NCBI GenBank assembly: GCA_948466345.1
Contig: CAOKAC010000004.1
Coordinates: forward strand, 135,178 to 199,177
DNA: 64,000 bases
Reading direction: 5' to 3'
From: an uncultured Clostridia bacterium
GTDB taxonomy: Bacteria > Bacillota > Clostridia > Oscillospirales > CAG-272
Part shown: piece by piece, positions 1 through 9,772 of the stretch
How positions within the stretch are numbered: the stretch's first letter is position 1
How the letters are laid out: every line of letters starts with the position of its first letter
Program-made: the position numbers and the translations under genes
Notes under the pieces: model-generated
Told to the model about the DNA's origin: nothing
Seen by the model: the letters and a program-made list of their open reading frames with translations, nothing else
Databases searched by the model: none

Positions 1-1756
1 CTTCATCCTGTACCAGCCCCAAAACGATAACATTTTTATAGGGGGCCTTGTCAAACAGCAGAGTGGAGATGGCAAGCAGGGAATAGAACCAGCCACGGGT
101 CTGATCCACCGCCTCTGAAATAAAGTCGGCGGGGAATTGCGCCTCGAACAGTTCTTTATTTTCAAATGGATAATGGTGCTGGGCAAAAGGCATGGCGCCG
201 GAGTCAAACCAGCAGTCAATGACTTCTGGGACGCGGGACATTTCGCCGCCGCACTGAGGACATTTCAACTTTATCGCGTCAATATAGGGACGATGCAGCT
301 CGACTTCGTCCGGGCAGCTTACAGCCATGCTGCGCAGTTCTTCGATGCTGCCGATGCTGTGCCGGTGTCCGCAGGAGCATTCCCAGATGTTGAGGGGAGT
401 ACCCCAGTACCGGTTGCGGCTGATGCCCCAGTCCTGCACATTTTCCAGCCAGTCTCCAAAGCGGCCTTCCCCAATGGATTTTGGGATCCAGTTGACCGTT
501 TTATTGTTGGCTACGAGACGGTCTTTTACAGCGGTCATTTTGATGAACCAACTATCTCTTGCGTAGTAGATCAGCGGCGTATCGCAGCGCCAACAATGGG
601 GATAGCTATGCTCAAACAGGGGAGCGGCATAAAGCAGCCCAAGTTCCTCCAGTCGACGCAGTACCAACTTGTCTGCGTCTTTTACAAACACGCCGGGCCA
701 CTCTGTTTCGGCAGTCATTTCTCCTTTCGCATCTACCAACTGTACAAAGGGAAGTCCATAGGCGCGTCCGACTTTTGCGTCGTCTTCACCGAAAGCGGGG
801 GCGATATGAACAACACCGGTGCCATCCTCCATCGTTACGTAGTCGTCACAGGTGACGTACCAGCATTTTTCCTTAGGCGATACAAACCGGAACAGCGGTT
901 CGTATTCTTTGTGTTCCAGAGATTTTCCCGTCATGGTTTCTAAAACGACATATTCGCCCTCGCCCAGTACCTGATCCGCAAGTGCGTGGGCCAGTATAAA
1001 TACCTCGTCTCCTTTTTGTGCCCGGATATATTCTGCATCCGGATTGACGCACAGCGCTACGTTGGACGGTAATGTCCAAGGGGTGGTGGTCCACACTAAA
1101 AAGGCTGCATCCTCACCTATTATGGGCATTTTTACAATAGCGGAGCGCTCTTTTACATCCTTGTATCCCTGGGCTACCTCGTGGGAAGAGAGGGGCGTGC
1201 CACAGCGGGGGCAGTAGGGTACGATTTTAAAACCTTTGTACAGAAGCCCTTTGTCCCAAATTTGTTTCAGCGCCCACCATTCCGACTCAATATAAGTATT
1301 ATGATAGGTTACGTAAGGATCATCCATGTCGGCCCAAAAGCCTACGGTGCCGGAGAAATCTTCCCACATACCTTTGTATTTCCATACGGATTCTTTGCAT
1401 TTTTCGATAAAAGGTGCGATGCCGTATTCCTCGATTTGTTCTTTCCCGTTGATTCCAAGCAGCTTTTCTACTTCTAATTCTACAGGTAGTCCGTGGGTGT
1501 CCCATCCGGCTTTACGAGGGACATTGCATCCTTTCATGGTGTGATATCGCGGAATCATATCTTTGATAACCCGGGTGAGCACGTGGCCAATGTGCGGCTT
1601 CCCGTTAGCAGTGGGTGGCCCATCATAGAAGGTGTAGCTGGGACAGCTTTGCCGTTCCTTCATGCTTCTTTCAAAGATTTTGTTTTCTCTCCAGAAAGAG
1701 AGTGTTTCCCGCTCGCGGTCTGCGAAGCTGAGGTCTGTTGGCACTTTTTTGTACAT
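1..1756 (-). CDS. ileS: Isoleucyl-tRNA synthetase, N-terminal ~585 codons; the 3' end lies beyond the window start
   Basis: Absent from the ORF track because it runs off the window edge. My minus-strand translation from the ATG at 1756 reads [66 protein letters not shown] (HIGH motif PHIGH) and continues in frame to position 1. The long + strand ORFs here (137-943 and others) are antisense artefacts. Confidence 0.93.
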   Translation of the reverse strand, partial: MYKKVPTDLSFADRERETLSFWRENKIFERSMKERQSCPSYTFYDGPPTANGKPHIGHVLTRVIKDMIPRYHTMKGCNVPRKAGWDTHGLPVELEVEKLLGINGKEQIEEYGIAPFIEKCKESVWKYKGMWEDFSGTVGFWADMDDPYVTYHNTYIESEWWALKQIWDKGLLYKGFKIVPYCPRCGTPLSSHEVAQGYKDVKERSAIVKMPIIGEDAAFLVWTTTPWTLPSNVALCVNPDAEYIRAQKGDEVFILAHALADQVLGEGEYVVLETMTGKSLEHKEYEPLFRFVSPKEKCWYVTCDDYVTMEDGTGVVHIAPAFGEDDAKVGRAYGLPFVQLVDAKGEMTAETEWPGVFVKDADKLVLRRLEELGLLYAAPLFEHSYPHCWRCDTPLIYYARDSWFIKMTAVKDRLVANNKTVNWIPKSIGEGRFGDWLENVQDWGISRNRYWGTPLNIWECSCGHRHSIGSIEELRSMAVSCPDEVELHRPYIDAIKLKCPQCGGEMSRVPEVIDCWFDSGAMPFAQHHYPFENKELFEAQFPADFISEAVDQTRGWFYSLLAISTLLFDKAPYKNVIVLGLVQDE

Positions 1757-1804
1757 GATCATTCATGCCTTTCTATATATTTTTTTAGAAGATTTTTGTG
1801 CAGG

Positions 1805-2045
1805 AGAAAAAAGAAAATTCCCCTTGCCGCAAGACAAGGGGAAGCCCTTACAAACCACCTGCATACTGACATATGCGCCCAAGATAACGGATGGGCACCG
1901 GCGGGGGCTACTGATATTCGCCCTGCAGCTCAGGAGTGATGTTCACAAAAAAACAGACACCGGACTTTCACTGCCGCCGGCTCGCTATGGACTGCCAAAA
2001 ATTTTGCTACTGTCTCCGTCATGGCTTTTATATCTTTAAAATATA
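1805..2045 (-). promoter_or_regulatory. T-box leader (tRNA-Ile-responsive attenuator) of ileS
   Basis: The minus-strand leader has AGCGAG...GGCAGUGAAAG (Stem-I AG-bay/distal-loop-like). GAAUAUCA holds an AUC (Ile) codon followed by A in the specifier position. A T-box-like CAGGUGGU is followed by the terminator TTCCCCTTG-N8-CAAGGGGAA plus TTTTCTTTTTT (plus-strand coordinates 1805-1843). Confidence 0.7.
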
Positions 2046-2054
2046 GTAAATAGA

Positions 2055-2083
2055 AGTATAGCACGAAGCCTTTTTTTTGTCAA
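2055..2083 (-). promoter_or_regulatory. Sigma-A-type promoter of the ileS leader
   Basis: On the minus strand: TTGACA (2083-2078), a 17-nt spacer, then TATACT (2060-2055). Confidence 0.6.
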
Positions 2084-2196
2084 GAGGCAGAAGCATACTT
2101 TTTGTAGTCACCAAATACAAAATAGCCGAAAAAAGCTCTTTTTTCTATAAATTTTTTATAAAACGAATCCAAATTTCAGAATTTATGGAAAAGCTC

Positions 2197-2225
2197 TTGA
2201 TTTTGTACGTTTGATTTGCTATAAT
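2197..2225 (+). promoter_or_regulatory. Sigma-A-type promoter of ptsH
   Basis: TTGATT (2197-2202), a 17-nt spacer ending in TGc (extended -10), then TATAAT (2220-2225). Confidence 0.6.
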
Positions 2226-2287
2226 GAAGCGGTAAACAGCCGTATACCACCGTTTCGGCAATTTTTAAAAGTTCGGGAGTATGGACT

Positions 2288-2551
2288 ATGCTATCACGCG
2301 AAGTAACTATAAAGAACAATGTAGGCCTGCATGCAAGACCGGCTACCTTTTTCATCCAAAAAGCGAACTCCTATAAAAGCGCAATCTGGGTGGAAAGAGA
2401 AGATCGCAGAATCAATGCAAAGAGTCTGCTGGGTGTTTTGTCGTTGGGTATCGTTAAGGGGATGAATATTACAATCATTGCCGACGGTGCAGATGAGGCA
2501 GAAGCAGTAGAGGGCCTTGCTGCGTTGATTGACACAGGGTTCACAGAGTAA
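2288..2551 (+). CDS. ptsH: Phosphocarrier protein HPr
   Basis: The 87-aa protein has GLH15ARPA and AKS46LLGV at the canonical His15 and Ser46 positions. Confidence 0.92.
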   Translation: MLSREVTIKNNVGLHARPATFFIQKANSYKSAIWVEREDRRINAKSLLGVLSLGIVKGMNITIIADGADEAEAVEGLAALIDTGFTE

Positions 2552-2569
2552 GTTCAATAGATCATAGCG

Positions 2570-2594
2570 GCCGCCCGATTGGGGCGGCTTTTTG
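2570..2594 (+). terminator. Rho-independent terminator after ptsH
   Basis: GCCGCCC-gattg-GGGCGGC followed by TTTTT. Confidence 0.75.
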
Positions 2595-2635
2595 CATACG
2601 GCTAAATTGTCAATGTTTTAGAGAGGAGGGCGTGT

Positions 2636-4516
2636 ATGGAACAGAATATGCAGGTATTGGAATATTTGCAGAAAAAGGCCGCCCTGCTGCCAAGAACCCC
2701 TGGTGTTTATATAATGGAAAACAAAGAGGGAACGGTTATTTACGTGGGAAAATCCAGAGCGCTGAGAAACCGTGTCAGTCAGTATTTTCACGGATCCCAC
2801 GATATCAAAACCTCTCGTATGGTGTCTCATGTACGGGATTTCCGATATATCACTTGTGATACGGAAATGGAATCTTTGGTGCTGGAGAACAATCTCATCA
2901 AGCAATACACGCCTAAATATAATATTTTGTTAAAGGATGCCAAATCCTATCCATATATTAAGGTTACAACAGATGAGAAATATCCCCGGATTGTCATGAG
3001 CCGCAAGCGCGGGGAAAAGGGCCTGTATTTTGGCCCGTATTCCAATATTAAGGTGATTGGAAATATTATTTCCACAATAGAAAAGACGCTTGGAATTCCT
3101 TCCTGCAAAAAGAAGTTTCCCGAAGATATCGGGCGAGGAAGGCCGTGTATATACCGACAGATCGGGCGGTGCTGCGGTGTGTGTACAGGAGCGATCAGTG
3201 TACAGGAATACAATGAATTGATCCAATGCGCCATACAGATGCTTCGGGGAAATACCCGCGAGGTGGAGCGGGCTTTGGAAGAACGGATGGAACAAGCGGC
3301 ACAGCAGGAGCACTTTGAAGAGGCCGCTCGGTGCAGGGACGTCATTGCAGCTCTGCATCGGCTGGGAGATCGTCAGAAAACCCAGCTTTCTCCCGATACG
3401 GACTGTGACGTAATTGCGCTGTCCTCTCACGAGGGCTGCGATTGTGCGGCAGTATTGTATATCCGAGGCGGAGCTATCTGCGATAGTGAGTATTTTATGT
3501 TTGGAGCGGACGAGATTACCGGAGCCCAAGCATATAATGAAGAGGAAGGTCTGCCAGGGACTGCTGGAGAGGATTCTCCTTTTGCGGCCTTTATCGTCAA
3601 CCTATACCGATACAGAGAATATATTCCAAAAGAAATTTACCTTTCCTTTTCTCTTACGGAAAGTGATCGGCAAATTACAGAGTCCTATTTATCCCAGCGT
3701 GCAGGAAAAAAGATTCAAGTTCGTACACCAGTAAGAGGGATTCCGCGGGACTTGTGTAAAATGGCGCAGCGGGACGCCGTGCGGCACAGTATGACTCGCC
3801 GCAGACGGGACGATACCGATGAAAAGCTTCTTGCTAGTCTTGCTTCTTTGTTGCATTTAGAGGTGCTTCCGGAAAAAATTGAAGCATACGATATCTCCAA
3901 TATGGGCAGTGAAAACATTACGGCAGGAATGATTGTGATAGAAAACGGGAAATTTGCGAAAAAGCACTACCGTCATTTTAAGATTAAAGGCAACAACGGG
4001 CCAGATGATTATCAGGCAATGGAAGAAGCGCTGCGGCGCAGACTGTCTCATGCAGGAGGCGAGGACGAATCTTTTGGCACACTGCCGGATCTGATTTTGT
4101 TGGACGGAGGCGTGGGTCACGTGTCGGTAATCCGGCAGCTATTAAATACACTTCATATTTCTGTGCCGGTATTTGGGATGGTTAAGGACGATCATCATAA
4201 AACCAGAACCATTGTGTCGGAAGATGGAGAAGTGAGTATTGCGCGGGAGCCGGAGGTTTTTCGATTTATTTATCGGATACAGGAAGAAGTGCACCGTTAT
4301 ACCATTTCCCGAATGAGTGCGGCTAAAGGTAAGTCTATGAAGCAGTCTTCTCTAGAAAAAGTACCGGGGATCGGCCCTGCAAAGGCCAAAAAGTTGCTGC
4401 TGCATTTTAAGACACTGGCCGCGCTGCGCAGCGCTTCTGTAGAAGAAATTGCTGCTGTGCCGACGGTTACCCGTGAAAACGCCGCTGCGGTTCTGGAGTT
4501 TTTACAATCAAAATAG
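2636..4516 (+). CDS. uvrC: Excinuclease ABC subunit C
   Basis: 626 aa with a GIY-YIG N-terminus (GVYIMENKEGTVIYVGKS), a UVR-type helix region and a C-terminal HhH-like segment (LEKVPGIGPAKAKKLL). The RBS GAGAGGAGG lies upstream. Confidence 0.95.
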   Translation: MEQNMQVLEYLQKKAALLPRTPGVYIMENKEGTVIYVGKSRALRNRVSQYFHGSHDIKTSRMVSHVRDFRYITCDTEMESLVLENNLIKQYTPKYNILLKDAKSYPYIKVTTDEKYPRIVMSRKRGEKGLYFGPYSNIKVIGNIISTIEKTLGIPSCKKKFPEDIGRGRPCIYRQIGRCCGVCTGAISVQEYNELIQCAIQMLRGNTREVERALEERMEQAAQQEHFEEAARCRDVIAALHRLGDRQKTQLSPDTDCDVIALSSHEGCDCAAVLYIRGGAICDSEYFMFGADEITGAQAYNEEEGLPGTAGEDSPFAAFIVNLYRYREYIPKEIYLSFSLTESDRQITESYLSQRAGKKIQVRTPVRGIPRDLCKMAQRDAVRHSMTRRRRDDTDEKLLASLASLLHLEVLPEKIEAYDISNMGSENITAGMIVIENGKFAKKHYRHFKIKGNNGPDDYQAMEEALRRRLSHAGGEDESFGTLPDLILLDGGVGHVSVIRQLLNTLHISVPVFGMVKDDHHKTRTIVSEDGEVSIAREPEVFRFIYRIQEEVHRYTISRMSAAKGKSMKQSSLEKVPGIGPAKAKKLLLHFKTLAALRSASVEEIAAVPTVTRENAAAVLEFLQSK

Positions 4517-4546
4517 ACAAATGCAAAAGGAAGGATTTTTATTGCT

Positions 4547-5185
4547 ATGAGAATCATTACAGGCAGCGCCCGGGGAATTCCGCTGGAAACACTTCCGGGT
4601 GAAGATACAAGACCGACGTCAGATCGTGTAAAAGAAGCGCTTTTTTCCATGATTCAATTTGAAATTGAAGGCAGGAGGGTGCTGGATTTATTTGCAGGCA
4701 GCGGGCAGCTTGGGCTGGAGGCCCTTAGTCGCGGTGCACAGCATTGTGTATTTATTGATAGCGCCAGAGCGGCATGTGATACAATTATGGCAAATGCCAA
4801 AAAAGCAAAACTTTACGACAAGTGCCGGATTTCTACAGGGGATTATGCGTCCTTTCTGCGCTGCGCAGCTGGTCGGGAGCAATTTGATATTATTTTTTTG
4901 GATCCCCCTTATAATGCAGGCTATATGTCCATTGCTCTTGCGGCCATAGCAGAAGGATGCTTACTGGCGCCCGGCGGACGAATTGTCTGTGAGACGGATA
5001 ACGGTGCGCAGCCTGTGTCCAAGCGGCTTCTGAAAGATGATGGATATCACGATGAGCAGGTTTGGCGGCAGGTATTTGGTGAAAAAACGGTATTGCGGGA
5101 GCAGTTTGCGCTTTTGCGGACGGCATTGTACGGCAGAACACGAATTACTTTACTTGCGGAAGGGATGGAGGCGGCTGAAAAATGA
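4547..5185 (+). CDS. rsmD: 16S rRNA (guanine966-N2)-methyltransferase RsmD
   Basis: N-terminal MRIITGSARG...RPTSDRVKEALF, an FAGSGQLGLEALSRGA SAM motif and a DPPY motif. It overlaps coaD by ATGA. Confidence 0.88.
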   Translation: MRIITGSARGIPLETLPGEDTRPTSDRVKEALFSMIQFEIEGRRVLDLFAGSGQLGLEALSRGAQHCVFIDSARAACDTIMANAKKAKLYDKCRISTGDYASFLRCAAGREQFDIIFLDPPYNAGYMSIALAAIAEGCLLAPGGRIVCETDNGAQPVSKRLLKDDGYHDEQVWRQVFGEKTVLREQFALLRTALYGRTRITLLAEGMEAAEK

Positions 5186-5673
5186 GACGTGTTGCAATGG
5201 TGCCGGGCAGCTTTGATCCGGCGACGCTTGGGCATGTAGATATTATTCGCCGTGCAGCGGGGGCCTTTGATGAGGTATATGCTGTGGTGATGGTGAATGC
5301 GGAGAAGCGGGACGCTGGAATGTTCTCCCCTGCGCAGCGTCGGCGTATTTTGGAAAGTGCCTGCCGGGATATTCCCAATGTGCAGTGTCTGATTTGTGAA
5401 GAATTGGCCGCTGAATTTGCGGATAAGCTTGGAGTATCCTATGTGGTGAAGGGCCTTCGAAACGGAACGGACTTTGACTATGAATATACCTTGGCAGAAA
5501 TCATGCATCGATTTTCTTCTCGACTGGAAACGGTATTTCTGCCGGCTAGTCCTACTCTAGCTCATGTATCTTCCACGTATGCTAGGGAACGTCTGCGATA
5601 TGGAGCAGATTTGTCGGATATAGCGGATCCGGTTACGTCTGCGCTGATGCTGGAGCTTTTGGCAGAGAAATAA
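5182..5673 (+). CDS. coaD: Phosphopantetheine adenylyltransferase
   Basis: 163 aa. PGSFDPATLGHVDII is the CoaD nucleotidyltransferase (T/H)xGH motif. Confidence 0.93.
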   Translation: MRRVAMVPGSFDPATLGHVDIIRRAAGAFDEVYAVVMVNAEKRDAGMFSPAQRRRILESACRDIPNVQCLICEELAAEFADKLGVSYVVKGLRNGTDFDYEYTLAEIMHRFSSRLETVFLPASPTLAHVSSTYARERLRYGADLSDIADPVTSALMLELLAEK

Positions 5674-5680
5674 TCATAAG

Positions 5681-5714
5681 ATAAAGGCCTTGTGAATGAA
5701 AGGCCTTTATCTTA
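5681..5714 (+). terminator. Hairpin terminator after coaD
   Basis: Perfect 10-bp stem ATAAAGGCCT / AGGCCTTTAT with a 10-nt loop. The T-tract is weak. Confidence 0.55.
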
Positions 5715-5724
5715 TGGCCTTTTG

Positions 5725-5800
5725 TGAACAAAATGTGACAATTTAACATAGATTTAACAAAACTGCGATTATATATTTAACGTGTGAACGATATGATAAT
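5725..5800 (+). promoter_or_regulatory. Pho-box-like hexamer repeats plus a -10 element upstream of the Na/Pi cotransporter gene
   Basis: TGAACA (5725), GTGACA (5735), TTAACA (5743), TTAACA (5754, 11 bp from the previous one) and TTAACG (5777), followed by GATAAT (5795-5800). There is no -35 hexamer. This resembles PhoP TT(A/T/C)ACA-N5 repeats. Confidence 0.35.
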
Positions 5801-5872
5801 GGAGGTATACAGAAAAAATGACCTTATCTGCAAAATGAAGTATAAAATTAAAGAAAGGCAGAACAGCAAAAC

Positions 5873-7624
5873 ATGGATTTGTTTGACGTTCTCTCGTTAC
5901 TAGGTGGGCTGGCCTTATTTTTATTTGGCATGAATTTGATGGGGCAGGCTTTGGAAAAGCGCGCTGGAAGCAAGCTGAAAACCTTTCTGGCAAATATCAC
6001 ATCGAATCCCTTCAAAGGATTTTTACTTGGCCTTGGCGTAACGGCGGTTATGCAGTCTTCTTCCGCTACCACTGTTATGGTGGTGGGCTTTGTAAACTCG
6101 GGCATAATGACGCTCCGTCAAGCGGTAGGCGTCATTATGGGGGCCAATCTAGGAACGTCCATGACCTCGTGGATTCTAAGTCTTACGGGGATTCAGGGAG
6201 AAAATTTCCTCATTCAACTGCTCAAACCGTCGTCCTTTGTACCGATTTTGGCAATGATTGGAATTGTTCTATATATGTTCCAAAAAAGTGCCAAGCGCAG
6301 AGATACCGGCATGATTCTGATGGGTTTTGCCGTGCTTATGTTTGGCATGGAAGCAATGTCTGCCGCAGTAGGGGGACTCAAAGACGTACCGGAGTTTACC
6401 CGTGTGCTGGTGCTGTTTTCCAATCCTGTGCTGGGCGTGCTGGTGGGTACTATTTTTACAGCCATTATCCAGTCTTCCTCTGCTTCCGTCGGTATTCTTC
6501 AGGCTCTAACTGCTACGGGAAGCGTAACATATTCTACGGCAGTACCGATTATTATGGGACAAAATATAGGAACTTGCGTCTCCGCTATGATTTCTTCTGT
6601 GGGGGCGTCGAAAAATGCTAAGCGTGCTGCGGTAATTCATTTATCTTTCAATGTGATTGCCACGCTGATTATTCTGCCATTGTATTATCTGATTAGTTGG
6701 TTTTTGCAGGATCCGCTGGGAGCACAAATTGCCTCTCCGGTGGGAATAGCCATTGTACATACTGTGTTTAAGCTGATTGCATTGGCGCTTCTGATGCCGT
6801 TTACAAAACAGTTGGAGAAGCTGTCCTGCCTTATCATTTCCGAATCCAGAAAAAATGAGAAAACGGAATTACTGGACGAGCGTCTGTTTGTGACACCTTC
6901 TGTGGCTATCGCTCGCTGTAAAGAAGTGACTGTTTCTATGGCCCGGCTTGCAGTAGAATCTATTAAAGAATCTACCATGCTGCTTGGAGAGTATACCGAA
7001 AAAGCAGCCATGCGGGTACGTGCAAAGGAGGATGAGGTAGACGTATATGAAGACAAGCTGGGATCATACCTAGTCAAGCTGTCTGCGCACGATTTGTCAG
7101 AAGCGGATAATGCGGAGGCCAATAAGCTCCTTCACGTAATTGGTGATTTTGAACGTATATCCGACCATGCGATTAACGTGACGAATAGTGCGGAAGAGAT
7201 TCACGACAAGAAGCTGGAATTCTCAGGTCAAGCAAAAAAAGAACTGAGCGTGCTTATAAGTGCTGTGTTGGAAATTCTGGATCTTGCGCTTGCCTCCTTT
7301 GAAAAGCACGATTTAGACAGCGCGGTGATGGTGGAGCCTTTGGAACAGGTTGTGGATTATCTTCGGGATACACTGAAAAAGCAGCATATTCGCAGACTGC
7401 GCAAACAGGAATGTACAATTGAGTTAGGATTTGTGCTGACAGATCTTCTTACAAATCTGGAACGGGTTTCTGATCATTGTTCCAATATTGCGGCTTGTAT
7501 TCTGGAAATGGATCGGGACGAAATGGATGTGCACGAATATCTGCGAAGTGTTAAAGGCGGAGAGATGAAAGAATATAATGATTATTTCGAATATTTCAAG
7601 GTGAAATATTCATTGGATGCATAA
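5873..7624 (+). CDS. Na+/phosphate cotransporter family protein with C-terminal PhoU-like repeats
   Basis: 583 aa. The N-terminus LLGGLALFLFGMNLMGQALEK and the repeated QSSSA(T/S) segments are typical of the NptA/YjbB family. The C-terminal half is soluble and helical with two ERISDH/ERVSDH PhoU-like motifs. Confidence 0.88.
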   Translation: MDLFDVLSLLGGLALFLFGMNLMGQALEKRAGSKLKTFLANITSNPFKGFLLGLGVTAVMQSSSATTVMVVGFVNSGIMTLRQAVGVIMGANLGTSMTSWILSLTGIQGENFLIQLLKPSSFVPILAMIGIVLYMFQKSAKRRDTGMILMGFAVLMFGMEAMSAAVGGLKDVPEFTRVLVLFSNPVLGVLVGTIFTAIIQSSSASVGILQALTATGSVTYSTAVPIIMGQNIGTCVSAMISSVGASKNAKRAAVIHLSFNVIATLIILPLYYLISWFLQDPLGAQIASPVGIAIVHTVFKLIALALLMPFTKQLEKLSCLIISESRKNEKTELLDERLFVTPSVAIARCKEVTVSMARLAVESIKESTMLLGEYTEKAAMRVRAKEDEVDVYEDKLGSYLVKLSAHDLSEADNAEANKLLHVIGDFERISDHAINVTNSAEEIHDKKLEFSGQAKKELSVLISAVLEILDLALASFEKHDLDSAVMVEPLEQVVDYLRDTLKKQHIRRLRKQECTIELGFVLTDLLTNLERVSDHCSNIAACILEMDRDEMDVHEYLRSVKGGEMKEYNDYFEYFKVKYSLDA

Positions 7625-7630
7625 ACATTT

Positions 7631-7674
7631 GACAAATCCTTTGCAAATATTGCATTTGCAAAGGATTTGTTTTA
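7631..7674 (+). terminator. Rho-independent terminator
   Basis: Perfect 17-bp stem ACAAATCCTTTGCAAAT / ATTTGCAAAGGATTTGT with a 5-nt loop, followed by TTTT. Confidence 0.85.
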
Positions 7675-7706
7675 TCATAGTTTGTGAGGGAAAATAGGAG
7701 GAGTAT

Positions 7707-8585
7707 ATGAATAATATAGGCAAGAAGAAAGAGAAACGCGTTGGAAAGCGCGCTGCTCTGCACGCACATATAAAAGGGCATAAGGGGACTTTTGCTGTAT
7801 ACTTAGTACTGCGTCTGTTTGTAACCTTTTTGGCAATTTGGTCTCTGATTGGCGGCAATTATGAAAACTTTTTTCTATGTCTCCTGTCGCTTATATTGTT
7901 TTTGATCCCGTCCTTTGTTTCGCAAAATTTTGGAATACAGCTTCCAGAGACTTTGGAAATTATCGTTTTGCTGTTTATTTTTGCGGCGGAAATTTTGGGT
8001 GAAATATCCAGCTTTTATGTGCGCATTTCTTTTTGGGATACAATGCTACATACTATTAACGGGTTTTTATGTGCGGCTATCGGCTTTGCTTTGGTGGATA
8101 TTCTCAACCGTTCCACAAGATTCAGATTTCAACTATCTCCTTTGTTTTTGGTAGTTGTAGCATTTTGCTTTTCCATGACAGTCGGCGTTGTTTGGGAATT
8201 TTTTGAATTTTTTATGGATCAAGTATTCCTTTTGGATATGCAGAAGGATTTTGTTGTAAATACTGTTTCTTCCGCGATGCTTAGCCCCATAGACAGCGCT
8301 GCACCTGATATAATTCGGGATATTGTGGATACAGTCATTATCACTGCGGACGGAACGCAGTATCATTTGTCGGACTTTGGTATTCATGGATACTTGGATA
8401 TAGGCATCATTGATACGATGAAGGATCTTATTGTAAACTTTATCGGTGCTTTCGTATTTTCTGTAATCGGATTTTTCTATGTGAAATCCAGAGGCCGCGG
8501 CAGATTCGCACGGCGATTTATCCCTACACTGCGGGAAAAGAAGGTCGTGGCACAACAGCAGGAGAAAGAGGAAAAAGAGAATTGA
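7707..8585 (+). CDS. Polytopic membrane protein of unknown function
   Basis: 292 aa with a basic N-terminus, at least 5 hydrophobic segments, and a Lys/Glu-rich tail. I recognise no diagnostic motif. Confidence 0.75.
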   Translation: MNNIGKKKEKRVGKRAALHAHIKGHKGTFAVYLVLRLFVTFLAIWSLIGGNYENFFLCLLSLILFLIPSFVSQNFGIQLPETLEIIVLLFIFAAEILGEISSFYVRISFWDTMLHTINGFLCAAIGFALVDILNRSTRFRFQLSPLFLVVVAFCFSMTVGVVWEFFEFFMDQVFLLDMQKDFVVNTVSSAMLSPIDSAAPDIIRDIVDTVIITADGTQYHLSDFGIHGYLDIGIIDTMKDLIVNFIGAFVFSVIGFFYVKSRGRGRFARRFIPTLREKKVVAQQQEKEEKEN

Positions 8586-8721
8586 TGAAAAGCATGTGCG
8601 GCGCATGTTAAAACTTTTTGAACAACCAGTAAATATATGCAAATGAAATGGTTTTTTTGTTGACAAGTATAGTGGATTATGCTATATTTTATAATGAAAA
8701 TGATAGTTGGGAGCGGTGTCG

Positions 8722-9750
8722 ATGTTCGGAGTAAATGTCACAGATTATGACCGGAAGGTATACGAAGAAGAATTGGCAGATTTTTTGCCGGACAATATTT
8801 TGGATGCCCATGTACATATTTATAAAGAAGAAATGCAGCGTATCCGCCCAGAAAACCGGAAGGGCTGTGTAAACTGGCCCCATATGGTGGCGCCCGATTT
8901 GACTATCGAAGATATGGAACAGTCTTTTTTACAGATGTTTCCAGGAAAAACTGTAAAAGCGGTGATAATGGGTATGCCTACCTGCCGGCTGGACGAAGTA
9001 AACCCTTATGTACTTTCCTGCGCAAAGGATAAAAATTTGCCTGCTTTGTATTGTACCAATTGGGATACCAGTCCAGAGGAGATCCGCACAGCGATGAAAA
9101 GCGGATTTTGTGGAATTAAACCCTATTTGAATAATTCGCCTGCTTATATTCCTGCCGGAGAGGTGCGAATTTTTGACTTTTTACCCCATGCTCATTTGCA
9201 GGTGATGGATGAACTGGGGGGCGTAATAATGCTCCATATCCCGCGTTCTTTGCGTTTGCGAGATCCGGTAAATCTGGCGCAGATGATGGAAATTGAAGAA
9301 AAATATCCTGGCGCGCGGGTTATTATTGCTCATATCGGGCGGGCCTATGTGCCGGATGATATTGGTGACGCCTTTTCTATCTTGAAAAATACGAAAAATA
9401 TGCTGTTTGACTTTACAGCAAATACCCTGACTCTTGCGATGGTAAAATGCATCGAATCGGTGGGAACAAAACGAATTATGTTTGGTTCCGATATGCCCAT
9501 TACGAAAATGCGTATGTATCGTATCTGCAAGGAAGACCGGTATGTAAACGTGGTGCCGAGGGGAGCGTACGGGGATGTATCCGGAGATCCAAATATGCAG
9601 GAAACGGACGATACAGATCAAATGACCACTTTTATGTATGAAGAACTGCGTGCGTTCAAGCAATGTGCTCAGGAGATGGGACTAACGAGAACGGATGTGC
9701 AGGACATTCTGTGCGATAACGCAGCCAGATTGTTTCATGTTGACTTTTGA
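8722..9750 (+). CDS. Amidohydrolase-2 (TIM-barrel metal-dependent hydrolase) family protein
   Basis: The ORF-track frame starts at TTG 8707. I prefer ATG 8722, with GGGAG 7 nt upstream. The HVHIY metal-binding motif is near the N-terminus, followed by IAHIGRA and FGSDMP motifs typical of PF04909-like hydrolases. Confidence 0.75.
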   Translation: MFGVNVTDYDRKVYEEELADFLPDNILDAHVHIYKEEMQRIRPENRKGCVNWPHMVAPDLTIEDMEQSFLQMFPGKTVKAVIMGMPTCRLDEVNPYVLSCAKDKNLPALYCTNWDTSPEEIRTAMKSGFCGIKPYLNNSPAYIPAGEVRIFDFLPHAHLQVMDELGGVIMLHIPRSLRLRDPVNLAQMMEIEEKYPGARVIIAHIGRAYVPDDIGDAFSILKNTKNMLFDFTANTLTLAMVKCIESVGTKRIMFGSDMPITKMRMYRICKEDRYVNVVPRGAYGDVSGDPNMQETDDTDQMTTFMYEELRAFKQCAQEMGLTRTDVQDILCDNAARLFHVDF

Positions 9751-9772
9751 CAAAAGCAGAGCGGGGTTATAT

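Noticed and set aside
137-943. A 268-aa ORF on the + strand, together with other + strand ORFs between 327 and 2039.
   Set aside because: They lie antisense to a continuous minus-strand reading frame that translates into unmistakable IleRS sequence (HIGH motif and more). They have no RBS or recognisable motifs and are shadow ORFs.
9695-9772. The extended start of the AraA-like ORF, overlapping the amidohydrolase gene by 56 nt.
   Set aside because: The internal ATG at 9773 gives the family-typical N-terminus (MNKCKIGFLPLY). The upstream extension has no RBS and overlaps the preceding CDS.
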